Assembly: GCF_051954575.1 (NCBI RefSeq)
Contig: NZ_JBQCHP010000065.1
Location: 16,952 to 80,951 of the forward strand
Direction: 5' to 3'
From: Dyella sp.
GTDB taxonomy: Bacteria; Pseudomonadota; Gammaproteobacteria; Xanthomonadales; Rhodanobacteraceae
DNA length: 64,000 nt
Below are positions 19,358 through 28,056 of this stretch, piece by piece; within the stretch, counting starts at the first letter, position 1, and the number at the start of each line of letters is the position of its first letter. The position numbers and the translations under genes were made by a program. The notes below the pieces were generated by a model. That model saw only the letters and a list, made by a program, of their open reading frames with translations, ran no database searches and was not told the DNA's origin.

Positions 19358-20074
19358 ATGAAGACGGCAGCGCAACGCGCACTCGATGCGAGCGGCGACG
19401 CGTTCAAGCTGGGCGATGCGCTGGATCGCTACGGCGTCGCTCGCGTACCAGGTCTGCTGCGCGCCGACGAATGCCGTGCGCTGGCCGCGCTGTACCAGGA
19501 CGATCATCGCTTCCGCAGCCGCGTAGTGATGGCGCGGCACGGGTTCGGCAGTGGTGAATACAAGTATTTCGCCTATCCGCTGCCCGATGTCATTCAACAG
19601 CTACGCAGCCGTTTCTATCCGCACCTGGCCGAGATCGCCAATCGCTGGAACCAGGCGATGGCCGTCGACGTGCGTTATCCGGGGTCACATGCGGAATACC
19701 TCAAGCGCTGTCATGCCGCTGGCCAGACGCGTCCCACGCCCCTGCTGCTGCAATATGCCGCCGGCGATTACAACTGCCTGCACCAGGATCTTTACGGCGA
19801 ACACGTGTTTCCACTGCAGATGGCAATCCTGCTGTCGCAGCCTGGCAAGGATTTCACCGGCGGCGAGTTCGTGCTGACCGAGCAGCGCCCGCGCATGCAG
19901 TCGCGGGTGGAAGTGGTGCCGCTGGAGCAGGGCGATGCGGTGGTTTTCGCAGTCCATCACCGACCGGTGCAGGGCACGCGGGGTATTTATCGGGTGATGA
20001 TGCGGCATGGGGTAAGCCGCATCCGCAGCGGGCGGAGGCATATGCTGGGGATCATCTTTCACGATGCGCAGTGA
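19358..20074 (+). CDS. 2OG-Fe(II) oxygenase (Oxygenase-NA type)
   Basis: GSGEYKYF-YPLP, DYNCLHQDLYGEHVFPLQ, EQRPRMQSR, RHGVS, GIIFHDA. Confidence 0.92.
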   Translation: MKTAAQRALDASGDAFKLGDALDRYGVARVPGLLRADECRALAALYQDDHRFRSRVVMARHGFGSGEYKYFAYPLPDVIQQLRSRFYPHLAEIANRWNQAMAVDVRYPGSHAEYLKRCHAAGQTRPTPLLLQYAAGDYNCLHQDLYGEHVFPLQMAILLSQPGKDFTGGEFVLTEQRPRMQSRVEVVPLEQGDAVVFAVHHRPVQGTRGIYRVMMRHGVSRIRSGRRHMLGIIFHDAQ

Positions 20075-20100
20075 GTGGATGGCTTTCCTGCGCATGCATG

Positions 20101-20129
20101 AAAAAAAACCGCGCATCGCGCGGTTTTTT
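20101..20129. terminator. bidirectional intrinsic terminator
   Basis: A8-CCGCGC-AT-CGCGCGG-T6. Confidence 0.8.
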
Positions 20130-20131
20130 CT

Positions 20132-20809
20132 TCAAGTCTGCGCCGCCGTACGCGCCCGATGATGCATCGGCGGTGGCGAGGACGGTGCCCGGAACGGCAC
20201 CACGCCAGGATCGATCGGCAATTGCGAATCGCTCAGCATCGCCAGCAGGGTTTCGCCATAGATCAGCTCGAACGGCTTGCCGGCGACGAACTTCCAGGCG
20301 TCATCCGTATAGTCGCCGCACGCGACGATCTTTACCGCCGACGCGTGATGGAACTTCATCAGGTTGTACATCTCGCGCACGTCTTTCACTTCCACGTTGC
20401 GATGTTGCCAATGCCGGCACTGCACCAGCGTGGTCATGCCGTGCTTGTGCAGAAGAAGATCCAGGCCGGCGTCGGCGTCCGCCTGCGCCGCGCGCTCCAC
20501 GGTGTAACCGCGAAAGCGGAACGCCTGCGCCACGCGCTCCTCGAACGTGCGCCAATGCAGCTTGCACAATTGCGCCAGCTCGTCGCGAACCAGCAGGCGG
20601 CGCATGCGCTTGCGATAACCCAGGCAGGTGGAGAACGCGCAGCCGACGCAGGCGATCAGGGCCATCCATACCAGCACCATGACATTGGCGCTGTGCGTGC
20701 CGCGTGCATAGTGAACGCCCACGCACGCGCTCACGCCGAGCAATAAACCGGCTGGCCAATGCACCCGAACCAGATGTTCGAGGCGATGTGTTCTGTGCTT
20801 CGCCATCAA
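20132..20809 (-). CDS. membrane-anchored Mrr-like restriction endonuclease domain protein
   Basis: Two N-terminal hydrophobic segments; W..FE..VA..F...GY.V, DAGLDL, VQCRHW, V.VK.VRE. Confidence 0.82.
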   Translation of the reverse strand: MMAKHRTHRLEHLVRVHWPAGLLLGVSACVGVHYARGTHSANVMVLVWMALIACVGCAFSTCLGYRKRMRRLLVRDELAQLCKLHWRTFEERVAQAFRFRGYTVERAAQADADAGLDLLLHKHGMTTLVQCRHWQHRNVEVKDVREMYNLMKFHHASAVKIVACGDYTDDAWKFVAGKPFELIYGETLLAMLSDSQLPIDPGVVPFRAPSSPPPMHHRARTAAQT

Positions 20810-21162
20810 CTCCCCCGAGCTGTGAACGCTGCTTCCGAACCGCTGATCGACCTTAGCGCGGACGGTTCAGGAGATCAGCGTGCAGCGCGGCATTCAGCCG
20901 CAGCGCTGTTCTGCCGCAGTATCACGTGCCAAAGCGGGATGGTTTTGTGCGATGCAGCGAGGCGTTCGACGACAAGCAAAGGGTGAAGGCCTTCACGTCG
21001 GGTGATCTTCGCCTTGCCATCCCCGGCAAAGGGCAAATGTCGATGCAGGCACGCCCTACACCGACGAACGAAAACAACATGATATTTCCACCATTCCTTC
21101 ACGATAGACGTGCCAAACCGGAGCCATCTTTCTCACCTGCCTGCACAAAGAAGAAACCTCTT

Positions 21163-21546
21163 ATGCGCCGTAAAGAAGGTTCGCTCGCCAGCAACACCCA
21201 GATCGACTGGGACGATCCGAAGCTGGTGTCCCTGCTGCAGCGAAGCGAGCAATGGAGCATCGACAACCGCGGCGGCTTTTCGCCCCAGAGCGTGGAAGTC
21301 TATTTCGGTTGGAGCGGTTCGGTGGGCAAAACCGCCACCCTGGTATGGGAACGCGAAAACGCGGTGGTGCTGGAAACCACCTTTCCGATCGGGCAGGGCG
21401 AACAGGTGCGCGTGGACAAGCATCTGGGCGATCGCATCCGCACGCTGTGGGGCGTGGTGGTGGACGGGCGCGAAGGCGTTCGCGAGGAAGATCGCGAAAA
21501 CGGCATCCACATCTATTGGCTGCAGCTACTGAACAAGCACCGCTAA
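21163..21546 (+). CDS. hypothetical protein, paralog 1 (PilZ-barrel-like, inferred)
   Basis: Clear paralog of 21669-22043 (shared DW.DP.L..LL..SE.W..DNRG.F and DGREG.REED.ENG). Confidence 0.75.
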   Translation: MRRKEGSLASNTQIDWDDPKLVSLLQRSEQWSIDNRGGFSPQSVEVYFGWSGSVGKTATLVWERENAVVLETTFPIGQGEQVRVDKHLGDRIRTLWGVVVDGREGVREEDRENGIHIYWLQLLNKHR

Positions 21547-21668
21547 AGAAACCCCGGCGCCGGCCGATGCAGGGCCTGTGGCGCGCCAGTCAGTCAACAG
21601 CGCATGCTTTTTTGCCAACGCGGCAAAACAGCTGTGCGGCTGCGCAGCCCATGGGAGCCACACGCCGC

Positions 21669-22043
21669 ATGAGCCATTTCAAGCCTACGTCCAAGATAAC
21701 CGGCAACCAGGTGGACTGGAGCGATCCGCGACTGGAAGCGCTGCTGCGCAAGTCCGAGGACTGGAAGCTCGACAACCGCGGCGCCTTTGCCGAGCAGCAG
21801 GTGCACGTGCATATCGGCTGGGGCGCCGGTGCGCCACGCAAGGCGACGCTGGTATGGGAAAGCGATCGCGTCATGGTGCTCGCCACCCAGTTCCTGATTC
21901 CGCAAGGCGAGCATGTACGCGTGGACCGGCTTTATGGCGACGGCATGCGCACCGTATGGGCGGTGGTGGCTGATGGGCGTGAAGGATTCCGGGAAGAAGA
22001 TAAAGAGAACGGCGTGTATGTGCATTGGTTGCACATGAGCTGA
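21669..22043 (+). CDS. hypothetical protein, paralog 2 (PilZ-barrel-like, inferred)
   Basis: Protein-level conservation with the upstream paralog supports both being coding. Confidence 0.75.
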   Translation: MSHFKPTSKITGNQVDWSDPRLEALLRKSEDWKLDNRGAFAEQQVHVHIGWGAGAPRKATLVWESDRVMVLATQFLIPQGEHVRVDRLYGDGMRTVWAVVADGREGFREEDKENGVYVHWLHMS

Positions 22044-22060
22044 AAATGCCGGATAGCCAA

Positions 22061-22145
22061 GGTTGGGTTACCCCGGACTTGATCCGGGGGTAACCTAACT
22101 TATTCATGAAGCACCGTTGGGTTACGCTGCGCTAACCCAACCTAC
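22061..22145. repeat. GTAG REP doublet with chimeric left unit
   Basis: GGTTGGGTTACCCCGGACTTGATCCGGGGGTAACCTAAC plus family A unit 22116-22145. Confidence 0.8.
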
Positions 22146-23917
22146 GACTCACCTGCAAGCAGATAGAAGCCCACTTGCGCCCGCTTCGCATGTCGTTTCG
22201 CGCGTGCCGCCAAGGTCGCCAATGTTTCAGGATGTCCAGGAAATGGCGGCATGACACGCACTGCACCGATCGCCACGGTGGTCAGTGGAAAGAACTGCGT
22301 ATTTCCATGCCGATCTTCGCCGACGATGCCCTTGCGCGCGATGTCTTCTTCGGCGAACAAGCCGCGCGAGCGCTGGTTGAACAAGGCAACCATATGGCGG
22401 CAGCGCGCTTCCCAGTCGTCGCTCTGCAATACCAGTAGAAAATCGTCGCCGCCGATATGCCCGACGAAATCGCAGCGCGGATTCACTTGCGTCGTCAGCG
22501 TGTTGGCCAGCAGGCGGATCATTTCGTCGCCGCGAAAGTAGCCGTATTGATCGTTGAACGGCTTGAAATGATTCAGGTCCACATATGCTACGGTGAACGG
22601 CACCTCGGCCCGCAGCAGGCGCGCAACGTGCTCGGTGACTGGAATGTTTCCTGGCAAGAAGGTCAGCGGATTGGCGTAGCGCGCCGCTTCGATGCGCAGT
22701 TCGGTCACGCGCCGCACCAGCGATTCGCCGGTGCCAAGACCCAGATACAGACCTTCGCGCGTGATCACAAAACCATCGCTGAGATAGCGCTGGTCCTGCC
22801 CGCGCAGGATGTCGGCCATGCTTTCCAGTGACTGGCGCACCTCGCACAGCAGCGGCACCTCGTGCATGAAGGCGGTGCAGCTTTTGCGGCCGTAAAGCTC
22901 GCGCGTATACGGTTGTGCCATGCGCTCGCTGAATACGCGGCGATTGATCAAGCCGATCGGGCGGCTTTCTTCATCTACCACGGCCAGCGCGTGCAGTTCC
23001 GATTGCAGCGCGAAGATTGCGCTGACTTCATGGTTGGTGTGGCGCGCAGTCAGTGCGGGAGCTTCGATCACCAGGTGGCCCAAATGCATCGGCCGTTGCG
23101 TCACCGGTCCGCGCGGACGCGGCGGCACGGCGATCACGGTGCCGTCCAGGGCGGCGCGCACGCCGTCGTCGATGGTCTCGATGGTGTGCGGCACTGGCCG
23201 GCCGAGCAGGAAACCCTGCGCGAACGGAATGCCCAGTTCACGCAGCATGTTGAGGTCGTCGAGTTCTTCCACGCCTTCGCCGACCAGGTCGGCGCCCAGC
23301 GTTTCGGCCACCTGGCACAGCGCACGCACGATGGCGAGACGCTCGGCGCTCTTGGACAGGCCGTGAATGAGATAGCGGTCGATCTTCACCACTTCCGGAT
23401 GAATCTCGTTCCACATCTCGAAATTGGAATGGCCATTGCCGAAATCGTCCAGCGCGAAGCGCACACCGTGTGCGCGCAGATAACCCAGCGCATGCGCAAG
23501 GCGCGCCGGTTCCTCGACGATGTCGCGCTCGGTCAGCTCGATGGTGATGCGGCTCAAATCCATGCCACCCGCGCCGAGCGCGGCTAGCAGGTCGTCGGGC
23601 TTGATCGATTCCTGCATGAAGGCTTGCGCGCTCAGGTTCACCAGCAGGCGGCCGGCGGTTTTCTGCGCAGCGAAGGCGCCGCATACCGTGCGCGCGGCGG
23701 TCAATTCGAATTCGCCCAGGCGGCCTTCCGCCCGCGCCAGGTTGAGCAATTCCGGCGTGCTGATATTGCCGAGCGTTTCGGTGGAGCGAGCCAAGCCCTC
23801 ATGCGCGACCACGTCCATGGTGTCCAGCCGGATCAGCGGCTGGAACATCGCCGTCAGTCCGCTTTGCGCGCGATCGAGCAACGAGGTGAAGCGGGCCTGG
23901 TCGCGAAACAGGATCAT
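22142..23917 (-). CDS. EAL - CBS-like - GGDEF c-di-GMP turnover protein
   Basis: FQP...HEGLAR, IELTE, ALDDFG, KIDR, EGVE, QG; D-NHFK-FND-YG...GD, GHIGGDDF. Confidence 0.92.
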   Translation of the reverse strand: MILFRDQARFTSLLDRAQSGLTAMFQPLIRLDTMDVVAHEGLARSTETLGNISTPELLNLARAEGRLGEFELTAARTVCGAFAAQKTAGRLLVNLSAQAFMQESIKPDDLLAALGAGGMDLSRITIELTERDIVEEPARLAHALGYLRAHGVRFALDDFGNGHSNFEMWNEIHPEVVKIDRYLIHGLSKSAERLAIVRALCQVAETLGADLVGEGVEELDDLNMLRELGIPFAQGFLLGRPVPHTIETIDDGVRAALDGTVIAVPPRPRGPVTQRPMHLGHLVIEAPALTARHTNHEVSAIFALQSELHALAVVDEESRPIGLINRRVFSERMAQPYTRELYGRKSCTAFMHEVPLLCEVRQSLESMADILRGQDQRYLSDGFVITREGLYLGLGTGESLVRRVTELRIEAARYANPLTFLPGNIPVTEHVARLLRAEVPFTVAYVDLNHFKPFNDQYGYFRGDEMIRLLANTLTTQVNPRCDFVGHIGGDDFLLVLQSDDWEARCRHMVALFNQRSRGLFAEEDIARKGIVGEDRHGNTQFFPLTTVAIGAVRVMPPFPGHPETLATLAARAKRHAKRAQVGFYLLAGES

Positions 23918-24144
23918 GCGCAGTCAGGCTGGCCTTGGCCGAGCGGGCGCGCGTGGCTCGAAGCGGGAATGGGCGGCAGTGGGGGAAGCACAGTGCACCT
24001 TGGACGGCGGGACTACTTTGCTATTCGGCGGGCAATGCTTCGACTTGAGCCCAGGAAATCGTAAAAAATATTACATTTCAACCGTTTGACAGAGATGTTG
24101 CAGTTGACCCGAACGCCATGCCGCGGCAATGGCAGGGCCTGCCG

Positions 24145-25377
24145 TCAGCCGCCTTTCGCCCCTGCGTGCACCAGCGTTTTCTCCCGCATCGCCTGCGCCT
24201 GCAAGACCAGCGCCAGCACTACCGAAGCCATCGCGGCGAGTGCGGCAAAACCATAGATCGCGTTATAGCCCATGCCGCCGGCCACCCAGCCGCCGAGCGG
24301 GCCGGTGAGCGCCATCGCCACATCCATGAAGACCGAATACACGCCCAGCGCCGCGCCGCTGCTGTGCGCAGGCACGCGTTGCACGGCCTCCACGCCGAGC
24401 GCGGGGAACACCAGCGAAAAGCCGAAGCCGGCGATGGCAGCGCCGACACCCGCCATGGTGGGGCTGCTGGCCAGGCACAGGACGATCAGGCCGATCGCCT
24501 CGACGGATAGCGAGGCCATCGCCACGCGATAGCCGCCGAGCTGGGGAATGCTGCGCGCGAACACGAAGCGCACGCCGACGAAGACCACGCCGAAAATGGT
24601 GAGCGCGAGCGCCGCGTTCGTCCAGCCGTGCGCGGCGTAGAACAAGGTGATGAAGGTGGCGATGCAGCCGAAGCCGATCGAGCCGAGCGCCAGTCCGATG
24701 CCGTACGGCACCACGCGCGCGGCCACGGTGCGCAAGGGCGCGCGCTCGCCGGCCACCACGGTGGTGGCGCGCTTCAATCGCGCCAAAGGCAGCGCGGCCA
24801 GCGGCAGCAGCAAGGTGGTCAGTCCGATGGCCGCAAAACCGAAACGATGATCGAGCACCACGCCCAGCGGCGCGCCTGCGGCCAACGCGCCATAGGTGGC
24901 CACGCCGTTCCAGGAAATCACGCGCGCCGTATGGCGATGCCCGACCTGGCCCATGCCCCAGGTGATGGCGCCGGTGCCTACGCAGCTTTCCGCGCAACCG
25001 AGGGCGAGGCGCGCAATGAAGACCAGGCCCAGGCTGAGCCAGGGCAGGCCGCTGGCCAGCGCGGCGAGCAACAGCAGCACGCCGCTGGCCGCGCACATCG
25101 CAAGACCCGTCATCACGGCGCGCTTGGGGCCTTTGCCGTCGGCCATGCGTCCGGCTTGCGGGCGGCTGATCAAGGTGGCCACGTATTGCATGCTGATCGC
25201 CAGCCCCGCCAGCATCGCGCCGAAACCGAGGTTGGTGTTCACGAAACCTGGCAGTACCGCCAGCGATAGCCCGATGGTCAGGTAGGCGATGAAGGTAAAG
25301 GCGACGGTGCTCAAGATCGACAGCAACACGCCGGCGGGGCGACTCTCGACGGTCGCGGAATGGGAGGCATCGGCCAT
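24145..25377 (-). CDS. MFS transporter (YhhS/YfcJ-like)
   Basis: F...Y..IGL.LAVLP.FV, SRP.AGR.AD..GPK, SWNG.ATYG, FSL.FPALGV. Confidence 0.9.
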   Translation of the reverse strand: MADASHSATVESRPAGVLLSILSTVAFTFIAYLTIGLSLAVLPGFVNTNLGFGAMLAGLAISMQYVATLISRPQAGRMADGKGPKRAVMTGLAMCAASGVLLLLAALASGLPWLSLGLVFIARLALGCAESCVGTGAITWGMGQVGHRHTARVISWNGVATYGALAAGAPLGVVLDHRFGFAAIGLTTLLLPLAALPLARLKRATTVVAGERAPLRTVAARVVPYGIGLALGSIGFGCIATFITLFYAAHGWTNAALALTIFGVVFVGVRFVFARSIPQLGGYRVAMASLSVEAIGLIVLCLASSPTMAGVGAAIAGFGFSLVFPALGVEAVQRVPAHSSGAALGVYSVFMDVAMALTGPLGGWVAGGMGYNAIYGFAALAAMASVVLALVLQAQAMREKTLVHAGAKGG

Positions 25378-25500
25378 GGGGCTCTTACAGGACTGCCGGA
25401 CAAAGACGGCCATTGTAAGTCATTATGTTGCACTGCGTCATGGCCGATGATGCCAGGTTGGGGCTGATCCCCAACCTGGATCGCTACGGCCGGTTGCGGC

Positions 25501-25779
25501 TCAGCCTTCGTCCTCGGCGTCTTCTTCCTCGTCTTCTTCGTCCTCGGAGAATTCGGCCAGTTCTTCCACGCGCAGGAAGTTGGCGATCTCATCGGCGAAC
25601 ACGATGCGCTTGCCGTCGGCGCACATCGGACGCACGTGCTGTTGCCGCGCACCGTTGTCGAGCGTTTCCACCAGGGCGAAGCACACCAGGGTCGAGGCAC
25701 TTTCGTCGCCGCTTTCGTCGTACACGGCCACCCAGCCGTTGGCGGGAAGGATCTGCAGGATATTCGTTTGCTTGGACAT
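25501..25779 (-). CDS. small hypothetical protein with acidic C-terminal tail (92 aa)
   Basis: Beta-rich N-terminal part and EDEEDEEEDAEDEG tail; fills the intergenic space with typical GC3 bias. Confidence 0.65.
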   Translation of the reverse strand: MSKQTNILQILPANGWVAVYDESGDESASTLVCFALVETLDNGARQQHVRPMCADGKRIVFADEIANFLRVEELAEFSEDEEDEEEDAEDEG

Positions 25780-25991
25780 GGCGGTTCCGCGTGGTGAAAA
25801 CGCGCAAGCTTGCCCGGCGTGCACGACGATCGCAAGCGCGATCATTTGCTGATCACCAAAAACTTGTCATGTATCTCCGACATGATGGCCGATGCGCCAA
25901 GCCAGTCACCATAAGCAAGGTCGCGCGATGCCGGAAGGTTGCGCGGTCATGGTGTACTTTCGTGCGCAGGCGTTTTTCGAAGGAGCCTTCG

Positions 25992-27734
25992 ATGCAAGGG
26001 ATCGATTTCGTGCAGGGCGAGGTGCGCATCACCACGCATCGCGAGCATGACGACCTGCTCAGCGCGGGGCTTGGCCTCGATGGTTTGAAGGGAGCGCTGG
26101 CGCCGTTCGTGAATCCCGCGCATCCCGCCGCGCAGGAACTGCGCCGGCGCGCGATCCAGACAAGCTGGAAAGGCATCGCCGATCTTGGTCCGCTGGGTGG
26201 ATATGGCACGGTGTATGGCGCGGTTCCCCCCGTGCCGGGACGCGAATATCAGGCGTTCGCGAAGCTGGCCGGCGCGCAGCAGCCGCATCGCGTGCTGGTG
26301 CAGGTGCCCGATGGTTTCGACCATGCGCATCGTTGCCTGGTGGTGACGGCGTCGTCCGGTTCGCGCGGCATTTATGGCGCGATAGCCTTGGCGGGCGCCT
26401 GGGGGTTGCCGCGCGGTTGCGCGGTGGCGTACACGGACAAGGGCGCGGGTACCGGTTATTTCGACTACGCCGACGATAGCGGCGTGGCGCTGAGCGGCGA
26501 ACGTGCGAAGCGTGGCACGGCGATGCTGGAATTCGAACCCGCCGCGAATGGCGAAGGCATCGCCTTCAAGCATGCGCATTCCGGTGACCATCCGGAGGCC
26601 GACTGGGGCCGTCATGTCTTGCAAGCGGCGCAGTTCGGGCTGGCGATGCTGGATCGCGCGTTTCCGGAGCAGGCGCCGTTCACGCCGCAGAATACGAAGA
26701 TCATCGCAACCGGCCTGTCCAATGGCGGCGGTGCGGTGCTGCAGGCAGCCGGGTTGGACGAGCAACACATGCTGGCCGGCGTGGTGGCGCTCGAACCGAA
26801 CGTGCATGTGGCGCAGCACGGCCGCGCGCTGTACGACTACGCGACGGAAGCGGCGCTCTGGCTGCCGTGCGCATTGACGGATGCACGCTTCGCCGCCGCG
26901 CCGTTTGCGCGCGATGCGAACGGCGCACCGCATGCTGCATGGGCGGCGCGTTGTGCAAGCCTGCATGCGCAAGGTCTGCTGAAAGCGACCGAGCTTGAAC
27001 ACCAGGCGATCGAGGCTTACGAACATCTGCACGGTAGCGGCTGGACCGACCAGGCGCTGGCGACGGCCGCCTCGTCGACGATTCTGGATGTGTGGCGCGT
27101 AATTGCCGTCGCATATGGATCGGCCTATTTGCGTCGCGATGCGAATGCCATGCCGTGCGGCTATCGCTATACCACGCAGGTCAACGGCAAGCCGGGCGTG
27201 GTCGACGACGCCACGCGCGCAAAATGGTGGACGGATGGTTCGGGCATTCCGCCCGATATCGGCATCGGCCTGCTGGGCGGTACGGACGACAGCGCCGATC
27301 CGCAGCTTCCCGGCATCAGCGGCTTGCGCAAGCTATGGACGGCGGAGGATGCCGATGCGCGCGTCTTGCAGGCATCAGTGCACGCGCTGGCGGCGAGCTT
27401 GCCGCGCAAGGAGCTGCCGCTGTGGGTGCTGCACGGCGCGGACGATGGCTTGCTGCCGACGGCGTTCACTTCCGAACCGTATATCGCCTGGCTGCGTGCC
27501 GAAGGCCGCCGGCCGTTGTATTGGAAGCTGCCGCACGCCCAGCATTTCGACGCCTTCCTCGCGCTGCCCGGCTTTGGCGACCAGCATCTGCCGTTGTTGC
27601 CGTATGCCTACGTGGCGCTCGATCGGCTGTGGGCGCATGTGTTTCAAGCACAGCCGTGGCCGGAGGAACTGCCGACGCCGGTGGGAACCGCCCGCGGCGC
27701 CGGAGCCCTGCAAGCGAGCATGCTCGGCATGTAG
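25992..27734 (+). CDS. D-(-)-3-hydroxybutyrate oligomer hydrolase family protein
   Basis: DDLLSAGLG, SSGSRGIYGAI, CAVAYTDKG, FKHAHS, SNGGGA nucleophile, HAQHFD; AGGAG RBS. Confidence 0.88.
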   Translation: MQGIDFVQGEVRITTHREHDDLLSAGLGLDGLKGALAPFVNPAHPAAQELRRRAIQTSWKGIADLGPLGGYGTVYGAVPPVPGREYQAFAKLAGAQQPHRVLVQVPDGFDHAHRCLVVTASSGSRGIYGAIALAGAWGLPRGCAVAYTDKGAGTGYFDYADDSGVALSGERAKRGTAMLEFEPAANGEGIAFKHAHSGDHPEADWGRHVLQAAQFGLAMLDRAFPEQAPFTPQNTKIIATGLSNGGGAVLQAAGLDEQHMLAGVVALEPNVHVAQHGRALYDYATEAALWLPCALTDARFAAAPFARDANGAPHAAWAARCASLHAQGLLKATELEHQAIEAYEHLHGSGWTDQALATAASSTILDVWRVIAVAYGSAYLRRDANAMPCGYRYTTQVNGKPGVVDDATRAKWWTDGSGIPPDIGIGLLGGTDDSADPQLPGISGLRKLWTAEDADARVLQASVHALAASLPRKELPLWVLHGADDGLLPTAFTSEPYIAWLRAEGRRPLYWKLPHAQHFDAFLALPGFGDQHLPLLPYAYVALDRLWAHVFQAQPWPEELPTPVGTARGAGALQASMLGM

Positions 27735-27749
27735 GTTGGGGTGCGGACC

Positions 27750-28056
27750 CTGATATATCCCCACGTTTTTGCTTAGCGCTTCTTGTCTCTGCAAAAACGA
27801 AAACGTTCATGCTGGAGGGCCGCCCAAAAAGCCCAAAAGTCATTCCGGCGAAGGCCGGAATCCATGCTTCGTACTGGCGATGGATGATTCGCTTCGCTCA
27901 CCCCTTCGGGGCCGTCCTTCGGACGTTCTCCGCGCTGCGCGCTACGTCCGGCCTTCGCCGGAATGACGGTGAGGCGATATGAGCGATTGCGCACAGAAAT
28001 GGTTAGTCCGCTGATTTCGCTCAACATATCAGGTGAAAAACGTGGGGATATTTCAG
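27750..28056. mobile_element. 307 bp transposase-less element (MITE or IS remnant) with 21 bp terminal inverted repeats
   Basis: CTGA(T/A)ATATCCCCACGTTTTT at 27750-27770 and inverted at 28036-28056; flanked by GGTGC(G/A)GACC direct repeat. Confidence 0.75.
27838..27968. repeat. CGTC REP doublet carrying a 61 bp insertion
   Basis: Same arms and same 14 bp spacer as 9247-9316; extra sequence 27886-27946 inside the right arm. Confidence 0.85.

Noticed and set aside
21020-21080. c-di-GMP-I riboswitch upstream of the paralog pair (GGGCAAA seen)
   Set aside because: The GNRA-capped P2 and the downstream GACGCAAAGC-type segment are absent; an Rfam scan would settle it.
12440-25400. Accessory stretch as a prophage or defence island
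   Set aside because: No phage structural genes, integrase, att sites or clustered defence genes; only a solo Mrr-like gene.
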